NCBI GenBank assembly: GCA_965199715.1 | Contig: OZ241322.1 | Location: 384,001-448,000, forward strand | Direction of reading: 5' to 3' | Length of the DNA stretch: 64,000 bases | Source of the DNA: Vicinamibacteria bacterium | GTDB lineage: Bacteria > Acidobacteriota > Vicinamibacteria > Marinacidobacterales > Marinacidobacteraceae | In this document: positions 8,118 through 17,636 of the stretch, piece after piece | Layout of the letters: each line of letters starts with the position of its first letter | How positions within the stretch are numbered: the first letter of the stretch is position 1 | The notes under the pieces: generated by a model | Database searches by the model: none | Told to the model about the DNA's origin: nothing | Seen by the model: only the letters and a program-made list of their open reading frames with translations | Program-made: the position numbers and the translations under genes

Positions 8118-9845
8118 TCATCCCTCATGGCCGACCCCCTCTTTCAGCGTACCGTCCCGTGCGGGCGCACTGGGGTTTCGGATGCGCGGGGTCAGGAAGA
8201 TCAGAAGCTCCTCCTCCCGCTCCCGGCCGCCCGACGACCGGAACATCCTCCCCAGCAGCGGGATGCGGTGGAAGAACGGAACCCGCTGCTGGTCCGACGA
8301 CTCCTGTGTCACGAAGACCCCGCCGAGCACGGTGGTCTCGCCGTCGGTGACGCGCACGCGCGTCGTCGCGTGCTGGGTGAGGATGCTCGGAATCCCGCCG
8401 ACGGCTTGGCCGAAATCGAGCGTGTCGTTGTTCAGCGCGAGGTCCAGCAGGACGGTTCCGTCCGGCCCGATCTCGGGGGTCACGGTGAGCTCCAGCACCG
8501 CGTCCTGGAACTGGACGGTCACGGTGTTGTTGGCGACGACCTGCACCGGGAACGTGACGCCTTGCTTGATGGTGGCCGGGCGGGCGTTTTGGGCCACGAT
8601 ACGGGGCGCGGAGAGGATGCGCAGGTCGCCGCGGCGCTCGGCGGCGGTCAGCGCGACGTCCAGCCGGTCCACGCCGAGCAGCGCGCCGAGCGCGATTCCA
8701 ATCGCGCCGGTCGGGCGCTCGGGGATCGGCAGGTTGACCCCGTACCCGGGCCGGGTTCCGTCCGGGCCGGGCGGCGCGAGCAGCCCGCCCTGGCCCTCGA
8801 CGAACCCGGACGCGCCCAAGGAGCCGATCGCCCCGGCGTCGGCGCGGGCGGCCTGCCCCGCTCCGGACTCGCCCTCGACCAGCTCCCCGCCCCATTGCAC
8901 CCCGAGGCTGCGGCTCTCCGAGCGCGTGGTGAGCACGATCCGGGCCTCGATCTCGACTCCGGGAACGGGCACGTCCAGCGCGGCGAGCGCCGCCTCGAGT
9001 TCGGCCATGCGCCCTTCGACCTCGCGGATCAGGAGCGCGCCGGTGCGCGGATCGGCGACGAGCGAGCCGCGTTCGCTGATCCGGTCTTGGAGAAGCTCGC
9101 GCACGTCGGCCGGCGACGCGTGGGCGAGCCGGCGCACGGTGCTGACGAGCGCTCCGGCGAGCTCGCGCTCCTCCTCGTGCCGCACCTGCTCGATCTCCTC
9201 CGCCGCGAGCTCGGCGAGGCTGCCGACGCGCAGCACCGCGCCCTCGAGCGTCCAGCCGAGTCCGCGCGACCGCAGGATCACGTCGAGCGCCTGGTCCCAC
9301 GGGGTCTCGGTGAGCCGGATCGAGATGGGGCCGGAGACCGACGGCTGCAGCACGAAGTCGAGCCCGCTCACCTCCGCGAGCACCCGGAGCACGTCGCGGA
9401 CGTCGGCGTCGCGGAAGTCGAGCGTCACCCGCTCGGCCTGCGGCGGCTCGGGCGGGGCCGCTTCCTCCGGCGGGGGCGGCTTCTCCTCCGGTTCGGGTTC
9501 GACCGGGTCGCGCACGCAGACGACCTCGAGTCCGTCCACCGGTCCGTCGAAGTCGCAGACGACGTCGGGGGCCAGTTCCAAACGGAGTTCGGCGGTCCCG
9601 TCTTCGGCCGCCTCGACGCGGGCCCCGAGGATCTCGGCGGTGGAGACGCGCCACGCGCCGCGCACCGCGTCCACGTCCGCCGGTCCGAGGGAGACCGCCA
9701 TCTCGTCGCCCCGCCGCAGGAGGCCCTCGACGGCGACCGGGCGGTCGGCGAGCAGCCGGATCCGGGTCTCGTCGCCCGCACGGTGCATCTCCAGCGCGGT
9801 GACGACGACGGGCTGAAGCGCGACGGCAAGGAGCGCGGCGATCAT
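8118..9845 (-). CDS. pilQ: Type IV pilus secretin PilQ
   Basis: TLDFRDADVRDVLR, PWDQALDVIL, VEIEARIV, LGVQW, LELTVTPEI, RIPLLGRMFR, ELLIFLTPRI. Confidence 0.93.
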   Translation of the reverse strand: MIAALLAVALQPVVVTALEMHRAGDETRIRLLADRPVAVEGLLRRGDEMAVSLGPADVDAVRGAWRVSTAEILGARVEAAEDGTAELRLELAPDVVCDFDGPVDGLEVVCVRDPVEPEPEEKPPPPEEAAPPEPPQAERVTLDFRDADVRDVLRVLAEVSGLDFVLQPSVSGPISIRLTETPWDQALDVILRSRGLGWTLEGAVLRVGSLAELAAEEIEQVRHEEERELAGALVSTVRRLAHASPADVRELLQDRISERGSLVADPRTGALLIREVEGRMAELEAALAALDVPVPGVEIEARIVLTTRSESRSLGVQWGGELVEGESGAGQAARADAGAIGSLGASGFVEGQGGLLAPPGPDGTRPGYGVNLPIPERPTGAIGIALGALLGVDRLDVALTAAERRGDLRILSAPRIVAQNARPATIKQGVTFPVQVVANNTVTVQFQDAVLELTVTPEIGPDGTVLLDLALNNDTLDFGQAVGGIPSILTQHATTRVRVTDGETTVLGGVFVTQESSDQQRVPFFHRIPLLGRMFRSSGGREREEELLIFLTPRIRNPSAPARDGTLKEGVGHEG

Positions 9846-10168
9846 GGCGCGCCCCCTGCGGCCGCGAGCGGCGCGTGGACTTCGTCCTCGGGGTCGGAAC
9901 GCAGGGCGAAGGTCACGCCGGTCCGGTCCACCCGGATCACGAGGCCGTCGAGCAGCCGGTCGCCCGGCCGCGCCATGAAGGCGTCGCCCCGGGGGGACTC
10001 GAGCACGGCGATCCCGCCCTCGCCGCGCACGAGGACGCCGCGGACGCGCGCTTCGGAGACGAGCAGTCCGGCGAGGCCCGCCGGGCGCTCGGCCTCGGGG
10101 GGCGGCGGAAGCGGTCGGAAGGGATCCCGCGGCTGGAGGAGGGCCGCCGTGATGAGTAGCGCGATCAC
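9842..10168 (-). CDS. pilP: PilP-like pilus assembly protein
   Basis: RDPFRPL motif and GDRLLDG beta-domain; lies between pilO and pilQ. Confidence 0.7.
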   Translation of the reverse strand: MIALLITAALLQPRDPFRPLPPPPEAERPAGLAGLLVSEARVRGVLVRGEGGIAVLESPRGDAFMARPGDRLLDGLVIRVDRTGVTFALRSDPEDEVHAPLAAAGGAP

Positions 10169-10737
10169 GGCGCCGACGCCGACCCGGTCGATTCCAGGCC
10201 GCGTCCCACGGTCACCGCGACGAACCGGGCGGCCAGCGGACGGTCCGGCTCCGCAGGCGCGAGCAGCTCGAACTCATCCACGATGACGGTCCGCTCGAGG
10301 CTGGCGACGCGCTCGAAGAACGCCACGTAGCGGAAGTAGTCGCCCTCCAGCTCGACGGTGGCGGAACGGGCGGCGAACGTCTCCGCCCCGGACTCCGGAT
10401 CGGGCGCGAACCGCCGCACCCGGAGCCCTTCCTCGGACGCAAGGGCGGCGAGCGAATCGAGGATCTCCCCGGTTTCCGACTCCTGGGCCAGCGCGCCCCG
10501 CAGTTCCTCGACCTGGCTCTCGGTCCGCTCCAGATCGGCCCGGACCGCCTCGGCCGCGCGTTCGTCCGCGCCGCCGACCGCCTCCCGCCGCTGCCGGTCC
10601 GTGTCCAACCGGGCGACCCGGTCCCGCTCGGCGGCGAGGGCGGCCTCCCGCGCCGGACGCAGCCACAGCCGGAAGCCGCCCTGGACGATCGCTGCCAGCG
10701 CCACGAACGGCAGCAGCGCGCGCAGCGCGGCGCTCAC
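10165..10737 (-). CDS. pilO: Type IV pilus protein PilO
   Basis: GTG start overlapping the pilN stop; TM + coiled coil + VELEGDYFRYVAFFERVASLERTV. Confidence 0.85.
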   Translation of the reverse strand: MSAALRALLPFVALAAIVQGGFRLWLRPAREAALAAERDRVARLDTDRQRREAVGGADERAAEAVRADLERTESQVEELRGALAQESETGEILDSLAALASEEGLRVRRFAPDPESGAETFAARSATVELEGDYFRYVAFFERVASLERTVIVDEFELLAPAEPDRPLAARFVAVTVGRGLESTGSASAP

Positions 10738-11333
10738 GGCGCGCCTCCGATCGGCTCCGGGTCGCGGGTGTCGAAGCGCAGCGTTCCCGCCAGCGAGAAC
10801 TGGTGGTCGCCCGCGCGGTCGGCGGGTCCGTCTCCCGCGACGCGCTCCACGAACTGCAGCGTGAGGCTCCGGATCCGCCGGATCTCCCCGAGCCGAGCGG
10901 CGGCGGTGCGCGCCGCTCCGGTCGAGACCGTGCGGCCGGTGATCCACAGCTCGGCCCCCCGCCGCCGCAGGTTCTCCAGCACGACCGCGTCGCCCACGTG
11001 GCTCGGAAGTTCCCCGAGCAGGTCGGAGACCACCCAGCGCTCCTCGTCCCACCGCGCGAGCCGCCCCTCGACGATCCGCAGTTCCTCGAGCCGCCGCCGG
11101 TCCTCCTCGATCCGTTCGCCGAGGCTCTCGAGCGCCGTGATCCGCTCGTCCAGGCCGACCGCCGCCGCGGCTTCCGCGCGAACGCGGGCGTCGAGGCGCC
11201 GCGTCTCGACGATCGCGAGCGCGAGCGACCCGGCGACGAGGACCGCGCCCAGCGCGATCGGCAATTTCGCGCCCGGCCCGGGCCACGAGGGGCCGGACCG
11301 CGCCTTGAACGCGCCTTCGGGCAGAAGGTTCAT
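10734..11333 (-). CDS. pilN: Type IV pilus protein PilN
   Basis: N-terminal MNLLP motif, TM, coiled coil, LWITG. Confidence 0.85.
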   Translation of the reverse strand: MNLLPEGAFKARSGPSWPGPGAKLPIALGAVLVAGSLALAIVETRRLDARVRAEAAAAVGLDERITALESLGERIEEDRRRLEELRIVEGRLARWDEERWVVSDLLGELPSHVGDAVVLENLRRRGAELWITGRTVSTGAARTAAARLGEIRRIRSLTLQFVERVAGDGPADRAGDHQFSLAGTLRFDTRDPEPIGGAP

Positions 11334-12343
11334 CAGGCGTCCTCCAGGTGGTTGAACGCGAGCCCGGCGGCGAACGCGAGCGACGGGTCGCCGCGCTCGG
11401 GGTCGAGGACGCCCACCGGATCCAGCGACGCGGGGTTCGCCGGGGCGACCGCTGCGCGGACGTCCTTGCGGCTCGCGCCGCCCCCGGCGAGGCGCAGCGC
11501 CTCGGGACGCGGCTCGCCCGCCTCGCCGAGCGCCTCCGCCACCGCGGACCCGATGCGCTCCTCGAGCGCCGCGGCGCGCAAGCGCTCGGCGCGCGTGTTC
11601 GGCGCGTCCTTCCCGGCGCCGCCGAGGCCTCCGCCGGGGGCTTGGAGGCTCGAGACCAGCTCGAGCGTCGGCGGGTCCCCGTTCCGAAGCGCCCGGGGTT
11701 GGAAGACGTGCGTGGCCGCGTGCGACTCGCCCACGTCGAGCACGGCGACGGGCCGGCGCGGCGGCTCGTCCCCCCGGATGCGCGCCTCGAGGCGCATGGC
11801 GGCGAGAAGGCCGTACGGCTCGATCTCGACCCGGCGGGGCCCGAGGCCGGCCCGCACGACGCTGCGGCCGTTCGCCAGCACGATCTCGCGCCGCGCTCCG
11901 CCGAACGTGACGGCGCGGTTGTCGGGGTCCGCCTCGCCGTGCGCGGGCTGGTAGTCGAAGAGCACGTCGTCCATGTGGACCGGCAACTGGCGCGCCGCCT
12001 CCACCGCCACCGCGTGGCGGAGGTCACCGCGCTCCGCGCCGAAGCTGCCTTCGGGCAGCTCGAGCCGCTTGACGAGAAACGACCTTCCGCCGACCCCGAC
12101 CGCGGCGTCCCGGTCGGGAACGCCCAGCCGCCCGGCGAGGCGCCGCAGCGCGTCGCCGACGACCTGCATGTCCCGCACGGAGCCGCCGCGGACGGCCCCG
12201 ATGGGGAGCGGCTCCCGGCCGGCGGCCGCGAGCCGGATTTCGGTCCGGTCGCGGGCGAGCGCGACGAGCTTGACCGCCGACGCTCCGAAGTCCACGCCCA
12301 CGCCGGTTTCGACGCGGGTCCATCCGATTCGATCAGAGAACAT
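11333..12343 (-). CDS. pilM: Type IV pilus protein PilM (diverged)
   Basis: GVDFGASAVKLV actin-like motif, VLFDYQ, VAVLDVG, LAGGG, AAGLA; start placed at MFSDRIG. Confidence 0.85.
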   Translation of the reverse strand: MFSDRIGWTRVETGVGVDFGASAVKLVALARDRTEIRLAAAGREPLPIGAVRGGSVRDMQVVGDALRRLAGRLGVPDRDAAVGVGGRSFLVKRLELPEGSFGAERGDLRHAVAVEAARQLPVHMDDVLFDYQPAHGEADPDNRAVTFGGARREIVLANGRSVVRAGLGPRRVEIEPYGLLAAMRLEARIRGDEPPRRPVAVLDVGESHAATHVFQPRALRNGDPPTLELVSSLQAPGGGLGGAGKDAPNTRAERLRAAALEERIGSAVAEALGEAGEPRPEALRLAGGGASRKDVRAAVAPANPASLDPVGVLDPERGDPSLAFAAGLAFNHLEDA

Positions 12344-12392
12344 ATGGATTAACACGTAACGGAGCCGGTTTTTCGTCACGAAACGGCCCGAA

Positions 12393-12401
12393 TGTGGATA
12401 A
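12393..12401 (-). promoter_or_regulatory. Perfect DnaA box (TTATCCACA)
   Basis: Plus strand TGTGGATAA in the AT-rich pilM/rplM divergent intergenic region. Confidence 0.55.
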
Positions 12402-12434
12402 CTTTTTTTCGTCGGGGTCCGACGGTCGCGCAAG

Positions 12435-12463
12435 TTGACCCCCATTCCGGCCCCACCTATACT
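12435..12463 (+). promoter_or_regulatory. Sigma70 promoter of the rplM operon
   Basis: TTGACC-N17-TATACT. Confidence 0.8.
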
Positions 12464-12469
12464 TCCGTT

Positions 12470-12552
12470 TCCTTGCGGGCGGCGGTCCTCGGGCCCCTTC
12501 GGGCTTCCCGGGCGCTCACGCCCGTCTTTTTTTACCCTCTCGTCCTTTCTTC
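12470..12552 (+). promoter_or_regulatory. Structured rplM 5' leader with terminator-like hairpin
   Basis: CGGGCG-ctca-CGCCCG (12509-12524) followed by TC + T7; competing pairing of 12475-12481 with 12519-12525. Confidence 0.5.
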
Positions 12553-13011
12553 ATGCCGCGAACCGAGTCCACCACGTTCCTGCGGGCGCGCGACGTGACG
12601 CGCCGCTGGTACGTCGTCGATGCCGAGGACCAGGTCCTCGGGCGGCTCGCCGCGCGGGTGGCGCGGGTGCTGATCGGCAAGCACAAGGCCGAGTGGACGC
12701 CGTTTCTCGATTGCGGCGACCACGTGGTGGTGCTGAACGCGCACCGGGTGCGCCTCACCGGACGCAAGGACCAGCAGAAGACGTACTACCGCCAGAGCGG
12801 GCGGCCCGGCGGCCTCAAATCCGCGACGGCCGCGCAGGTTCGCGCGGCGCACCCGGAGCGGCTCGTCGAGAAGGCCGTGCGGGGCATGCTTCCGAAGGGA
12901 TCCCTCGGGCGGAGCCAGTTCATGAAACTGAAGGTGTACGCGGGTGACCGGCATCCGCACGCGGCGCAGCAGCCGGTCCCGCTCCCGGACGCGCTCGGGG
13001 CGCGGTCCTGA
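12553..13011 (+). CDS. rplM: 50S ribosomal protein L13
   Basis: WYVVDAEDQVLGRLA, DCGDHVVVLNA, KAVRGMLPK, HPHAAQQP. Confidence 0.98.
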   Translation: MPRTESTTFLRARDVTRRWYVVDAEDQVLGRLAARVARVLIGKHKAEWTPFLDCGDHVVVLNAHRVRLTGRKDQQKTYYRQSGRPGGLKSATAAQVRAAHPERLVEKAVRGMLPKGSLGRSQFMKLKVYAGDRHPHAAQQPVPLPDALGARS

Positions 13012-13403
13012 TGTCCGTCCCGATCGCGTACGGCACCGGCAAGCGAAAGTGCTCGGTCGCGCGGGTCTTCCTGCGCGAGGGCAGCGGCCAGATCCTGGTG
13101 AACCAGCGGCCGCTCGAGGACTACTTCCCCCGCCCCACCTACCAGGGCTGGGTGGTCCAGCCGCTGCAGGCGACGGACCGGTCGGCGCAGTTCGACGTGG
13201 ACGCGCGAGTGCGGGGCGGCGGGCTTTCCGGGCAGGCGGCGGCCGTCAAGCTGGGCATCGCCCGGGCGCTGAGCGCGAGCGAGGCGGGGCTCCGGCCGGA
13301 GCTCAAGCGGCGCGGGTTCCTGACGCGGGACGCACGGCGCAAGGAGCGCAAGAAGTACGGACAGCCCGGCGCGCGCAAGCGGTTCCAGTACTCCAAGCGG
13401 TAG
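13011..13403 (+). CDS. rpsI: 30S ribosomal protein S9
   Basis: [33 protein letters not shown]. Confidence 0.98.
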   Translation: MSVPIAYGTGKRKCSVARVFLREGSGQILVNQRPLEDYFPRPTYQGWVVQPLQATDRSAQFDVDARVRGGGLSGQAAAVKLGIARALSASEAGLRPELKRRGFLTRDARRKERKKYGQPGARKRFQYSKR

Positions 13404-13407
13404 CGCC

Positions 13408-14217
13408 GTGTCCGACACCACCGTCAGCATGCGCGACCTGATCGAGGCGGGTCTGCACTTCGGCCACGAGACCAAGTGGTGGAACCCGAGGATGCGTCCG
13501 TACATCTACGGGACCCGCTCCGGCGTCCACATCCTCGACCTGAACCAGACGCTCCCGATGTTCCGGGACGCGCTCAACTTCATCTCCCGCCTCGGGGCCG
13601 AGGGCAAGACGATCCTGTTCGTCGGCACCAAGCGGCAGGCGCAGGAAGTGATCGCCTCCGAGGCGAGCCGGGTGGACGCCTTCTACGTGAACCACCGGTG
13701 GCTCGGCGGCCTGCTCACCAACTTCCGGACGATCCGCAAGAGCATCGCCCGCTTCCAGGAGCTGCGCGACATCACCGAGAACGCCGACCTCGGCGGCTTC
13801 TCCAACAAGGCGCGGTCGCGGCTCGAGAAGCGGCGGCGGCGGCTCGAGCGGACGCTCGCCGGGATCGAGAAGATGGAGCGGCTCCCGGACGCGATCTGCA
13901 TCGTCGATCCCAAGAACGAACTCATCGCGGTCCACGAGGCGCGCAAGCTCGGTATCCCGATCATCGCGATCGTGGATTCGGACTGCGATCCCGATCTCGT
14001 CGATTACATCATCCCGGGAAACGACGACGCCATGCGCGCCATCCGGCTGTTCGCGTCCCGAATCGCCAGCGCGTTCGGGGAGGGCCGGCGCCTCCGCGCA
14101 CTCCCGCCGGACGAATCCGAAGCGTTCGTCGAGCCGGCCGGCGAGGCGAAGGACGAACCTGCTTCCGCGCCGCCCCCGGGCGGCGGCGAAGCGGCCCGGC
14201 CCGCCTCCTCCGGCTGA
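13408..14217 (+). CDS. rpsB: 30S ribosomal protein S2
   Basis: [33 protein letters not shown]. Confidence 0.98.
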   Translation: MSDTTVSMRDLIEAGLHFGHETKWWNPRMRPYIYGTRSGVHILDLNQTLPMFRDALNFISRLGAEGKTILFVGTKRQAQEVIASEASRVDAFYVNHRWLGGLLTNFRTIRKSIARFQELRDITENADLGGFSNKARSRLEKRRRRLERTLAGIEKMERLPDAICIVDPKNELIAVHEARKLGIPIIAIVDSDCDPDLVDYIIPGNDDAMRAIRLFASRIASAFGEGRRLRALPPDESEAFVEPAGEAKDEPASAPPPGGGEAARPASSG

Positions 14218-14257
14218 CGGACGCGCCTCTTTTCCGCGGCCTGCGGGCCGCGAAACC

Positions 14258-14908
14258 ATGGAGCACGTGACCCCCATGCCCGCGATTGCCGCCCAGCAGG
14301 TGAAGAGCCTCCGGGACCGGACCGGCGCCGGATTCGCCGACTGCAAGCAGGCGCTCGTCAAGGCGGACGGCGACTTCGACAAGGCGGTCCGGCTGCTGCG
14401 CGAGAAGGGCGTCGCCGCCGCCGAGAAGCGCGCCGGGCGGGCGGCCACCGAGGGCCTGATCCACTCCTACATCCACGACGGGCGCATCGGCGTGATGGTG
14501 GAGCTCTCGTGCGAGACCGATTTCGTCGCTCGCAACCAGACGTTCCGCAGCCTCGCCAACGACGTCGCGATCCATATCGCGAGCAACTACCCCGCCCCGG
14601 CGCGCTGGGTGCGCCGCGAGGACGTTCCGGCCGAAGTGCTCGATTCCGAGCGCGAGCTCATCCGGACCCAGATCGCCAGCGATCCGAAGAACTCGAGGAA
14701 GCCGCCGCAGGTGGTGGACCGGATCGTCACCGGCAAGCTGAACCGCTTCCTCTCCGAGCGGGTGCTGCTGGAGCAGCCGTGGGCGCTCGACGACAGCAAG
14801 GACATGACCGTGAACGACCGGGTCATGGAGGCGGCCCAAGCCATCAAGGAGAACATCCAGATCCGCCGGTTCGTCCGCTTCGAGCGGGGCGAGGAGCTGA
14901 GCGGATAG
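14258..14908 (+). CDS. tsf: Elongation factor Ts, short form (start may be ATG 14276)
   Basis: VKSLRDRTGAG, ELSCETDFVA, LLEQP, IRRFVRFERGE. Confidence 0.95.
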   Translation: MEHVTPMPAIAAQQVKSLRDRTGAGFADCKQALVKADGDFDKAVRLLREKGVAAAEKRAGRAATEGLIHSYIHDGRIGVMVELSCETDFVARNQTFRSLANDVAIHIASNYPAPARWVRREDVPAEVLDSERELIRTQIASDPKNSRKPPQVVDRIVTGKLNRFLSERVLLEQPWALDDSKDMTVNDRVMEAAQAIKENIQIRRFVRFERGEELSG

Positions 14909-14920
14909 GGACGGCGCGCG

Positions 14921-15619
14921 ATGTCCGACCGGCGCGTCCTGCTCAAGCTGAGCGGGCAGGCTCTCGAAGGCGAGGAGGCCGGGGTCTCGATCGAGGCGGT
15001 CGAGGCGATGGCCCGGCGCATCGCCGCGGTGCGGCGCAGCGGGGTCGAGACCGCGTGCGTGATCGGCGGCGGGAACATCTTCCGCGGGGTGTCCCCGCGG
15101 ATCCGCGGCATGGACCGGGTCACCGCCGACTCGATGGGGATGCTGGCCACGCTCATCAACGCGCTCGCGCTCCAGGAGCGGCTGGAGCGGCTCGACTGCG
15201 ACACCCGGCTCATGTCGGCGATCACCGTGCGCCAGGTGGCCGAGCCGTTCGTGCGGCGCCGGGCGCTGCGCCACCTCGAGCGCGGACGCATCGTGATCTT
15301 CGCCGCCGGCACCGGCAGCCCCTACTTCTCGACCGACACCGCCGCGGCGCTGCGCGCCGCCGAGATCCGGGCCTCGATCCTCATCAAGGGTACGCGGGTG
15401 CGAGGCGTGTTCACGAGCGACCCGGAAAAGGACGAGGACGCGCGTCCGATCCGCCGAATCAGCTACCTCGACGCCATCGGGCAGAAGCTGCGGTTCATGG
15501 ACCTCACCGCGATCTCGCTGTGCATGGAGACCGGGGTTCCCATCGTGGTCTGCCACCAGGACGACATCGAGCGCGCGGCGCTCGGCGAGGAGGTGGGGAC
15601 GCGGGTCGGCACGCCATAG
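14921..15619 (+). CDS. pyrH: UMP kinase
   Basis: VLLKLSG, GGGNIFRG, DSMGMLAT, GSPYFSTDTAAALRA, MDLTA. Confidence 0.97.
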   Translation: MSDRRVLLKLSGQALEGEEAGVSIEAVEAMARRIAAVRRSGVETACVIGGGNIFRGVSPRIRGMDRVTADSMGMLATLINALALQERLERLDCDTRLMSAITVRQVAEPFVRRRALRHLERGRIVIFAAGTGSPYFSTDTAAALRAAEIRASILIKGTRVRGVFTSDPEKDEDARPIRRISYLDAIGQKLRFMDLTAISLCMETGVPIVVCHQDDIERAALGEEVGTRVGTP

Positions 15620-15628
15620 ACTTTCGCC

Positions 15629-16186
15629 ATGAAGCACGAAGTCCTCGATGACGTGAACCGCCGGATGACCCGGACGGTGGAGAATTTCGAACGAGAAATG
15701 GCCGCCGTGCGCACCGGGCGCGCCTCGGTGGCGCTCCTCGACGCGGTCCGGGTGGACTACTACGGCCAGAACGTTCCGCTGAACCAGGTCGCCGCGCTCA
15801 AGACCCCCGACGCGCAGACGATCACCGTCCAGCCGTGGGAGCGCCACATGCTCCAGCCGATCGACCGGGCGATCCGGGTCGCCGATCTCGATCTCAACCC
15901 GACCTCCGACGGCGCGCTGCTGCGGATCCCGATTCCGCCGCTCAGCCAGGAGCGCCGCCGCCAGCTCGCGAAGTCCATCGCCAAGATGGCCGAGGACCAC
16001 AAGAACGCGCTGCGCCGGATCCGTCGGGACGCGAATCAGAAGCTGAAGAAGAGCGCGAAGGCGGGCGATCTCTCGGAGGATCTCGAGCGCGACCTCGAAG
16101 CCGAAGTCCAGCAGCGCACGAACCGCTACGCCAGCCAGATCGCGGACCTCGCCGGCAAGAAGACCGAGAGCATCCTCACGATCTGA
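15629..16186 (+). CDS. frr: Ribosome recycling factor
   Basis: VRTGRAS, VDYYG, LNPTSDG, PPLSQERR, RRIRRDAN. Confidence 0.97.
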   Translation: MKHEVLDDVNRRMTRTVENFEREMAAVRTGRASVALLDAVRVDYYGQNVPLNQVAALKTPDAQTITVQPWERHMLQPIDRAIRVADLDLNPTSDGALLRIPIPPLSQERRRQLAKSIAKMAEDHKNALRRIRRDANQKLKKSAKAGDLSEDLERDLEAEVQQRTNRYASQIADLAGKKTESILTI

Positions 16187-16208
16187 CCCGCCCGGGCCGG
16201 AGCGATCG

Positions 16209-17215
16209 ATGCTGCCGACCCACGGGATCCGGCTGCGGCTCAAGAACGACGGCGAGTGCCGCCGGTGCGGGCAGACGCTTCGAGCCGGCATCTACGCCTA
16301 CTGGTCTCCGTCCACGAAGGATGTTCGGCGCATCGAGCGCCCATCCTTGACCACCGCACATTCATCGAGCGCAAGCGCACATCCGTCACTCCGCCCCGAC
16401 TGCGCTCGACGCGCTCCGCGGCGGCATGACTCAGAGGCTGCGGACGAACTCCAGTTCGCGTGGGAACGACTTTGCTGTCCGGCGCTGCGTGGAGGCCGAG
16501 GCCGCCGACTCTCCAGTCCCCTATTCGACACAGGGTCCCAAGTGGTTCGTTCACAACGGAACCGAGGAACTTGTGGTCGGCACGGCGGACGCCATTCCCG
16601 CGCCACCGTCGGCTCGACGGAGACGCCTTGGATGACCGTCGATCGCCGCTCATCCATGGGTGGCCCATCCTGCTGCTCACGAACGGAGACGTTGGTCCGC
16701 TGTTCGCGCTTCCGGTGAAGCCGGACCGAGGCACGGACGGCCGCTGGTCTCTCCGCGCCGACGCGGAGCCGGCGTTCAATCCGGCCCTCGCCGTGGGACG
16801 CCACATCAACCCGACGTTCTTGAAGAACTCGAAGCCTTGCTGGACGAGGGCATGCCGTTCGACAACCCCGACGAACTCGCGCAGGTAGCGAGGGGGATGG
16901 CCCGATCCATGCGTCTCGCCATCCGCTCCTCGCCGAACCCCGCTGCGCTGGTGGGCGCGGTCCCTCCACAGGCAGGCCTACACAACGCGGCCATCACAGT
17001 TCTTGCCGACTGGACTGATTACACGGCCGGCCTGCTGCGGGAACTCAGGTCCCTGCCCAAGCGTGAGGACTGGAACTGCACCTGGCGGCGGCGCTCATTT
17101 CCGGCGCTCCAGGGCCGAGACCGCGCTCCCGCGTCTCCGGGTCGGCCAACGCGCCGCTCTCCAGCAATCAGCGGCAGAAAGACGCGCTCGAGAGCCTGCG
17201 TACGCAGCCCCTCAC
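16209..17215 (+). pseudogene. N-terminal part of an SF1 (DNA2/NAM7-like) helicase gene, multiply frameshifted
   Basis: Protein-like segments in alternating frames (CRRCG; GWPILL...PLF; YTAGLLRELRSL). Ends in PLSSNQRQKDALESLRTQPLT, where VxGPPGTGK would be expected to follow. Confidence 0.55.
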
Positions 17216-17306
17216 TGGAGTTGCCCCGGTTTCGTGGACGCCTAACCTCTAGCGAGGAGAGCATCCACGATGATGACCAAGAAGAAGCGGAAGCGTCCGC
17301 AGCGGC
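17216..17306 (+). mobile_element. IS3-family-like left end remnant with start of orfA
   Basis: TG-initiated TGGAGTTGCCCCGGTTTCGTGGACGCC; internal inverted repeat TCGTGGA/TCCACGA; GAGGAG RBS; ATG 17270 MMTKKKRKRPQR, a basic orfA-like N-terminus. Confidence 0.6.
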
Positions 17307-17636
17307 CGGCAACACATGCAGCCAAATGGACTCGATCCCGCGGCCAAGCCGACCGTTGAGGGCCATGAGCCCGACTTCGCGATCCTGGACGACGGCGTGC
17401 GCTTGAACATCGAGGTGGACGGGCGGCACCACATGGACCGGCGAGGTCGCCAGCGGCGCCAAGACGTCGCGAGGGATCGGATCCTCGAGAAACTTGGTTG
17501 GACCGTGCTCCGCATTCCCGCGTGGCGGATCCAACAGGAAACGGACGCCGTGATCGACGAGATACGCCGTGCCCGGAATCGGCTGCCGAGCGCGAAGGCT
17601 ACTGACGGTCGAGGCGGCGCAAACCCTCCAGCATGA
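17307..17636 (+). pseudogene. DUF559/Vsr-like PD-(D/E)xK endonuclease domain (orphaned C-terminus)
   Basis: EPDFAI...LNIEVDGRHH...DVARDRILEKLGWTVLRIPAW. Confidence 0.75.

Noticed and set aside
12330-12430. Replication origin
   Set aside because: One perfect DnaA box only, about 200 bp intergenic, no dnaA/dnaN/gid genes and no clear unwinding element.
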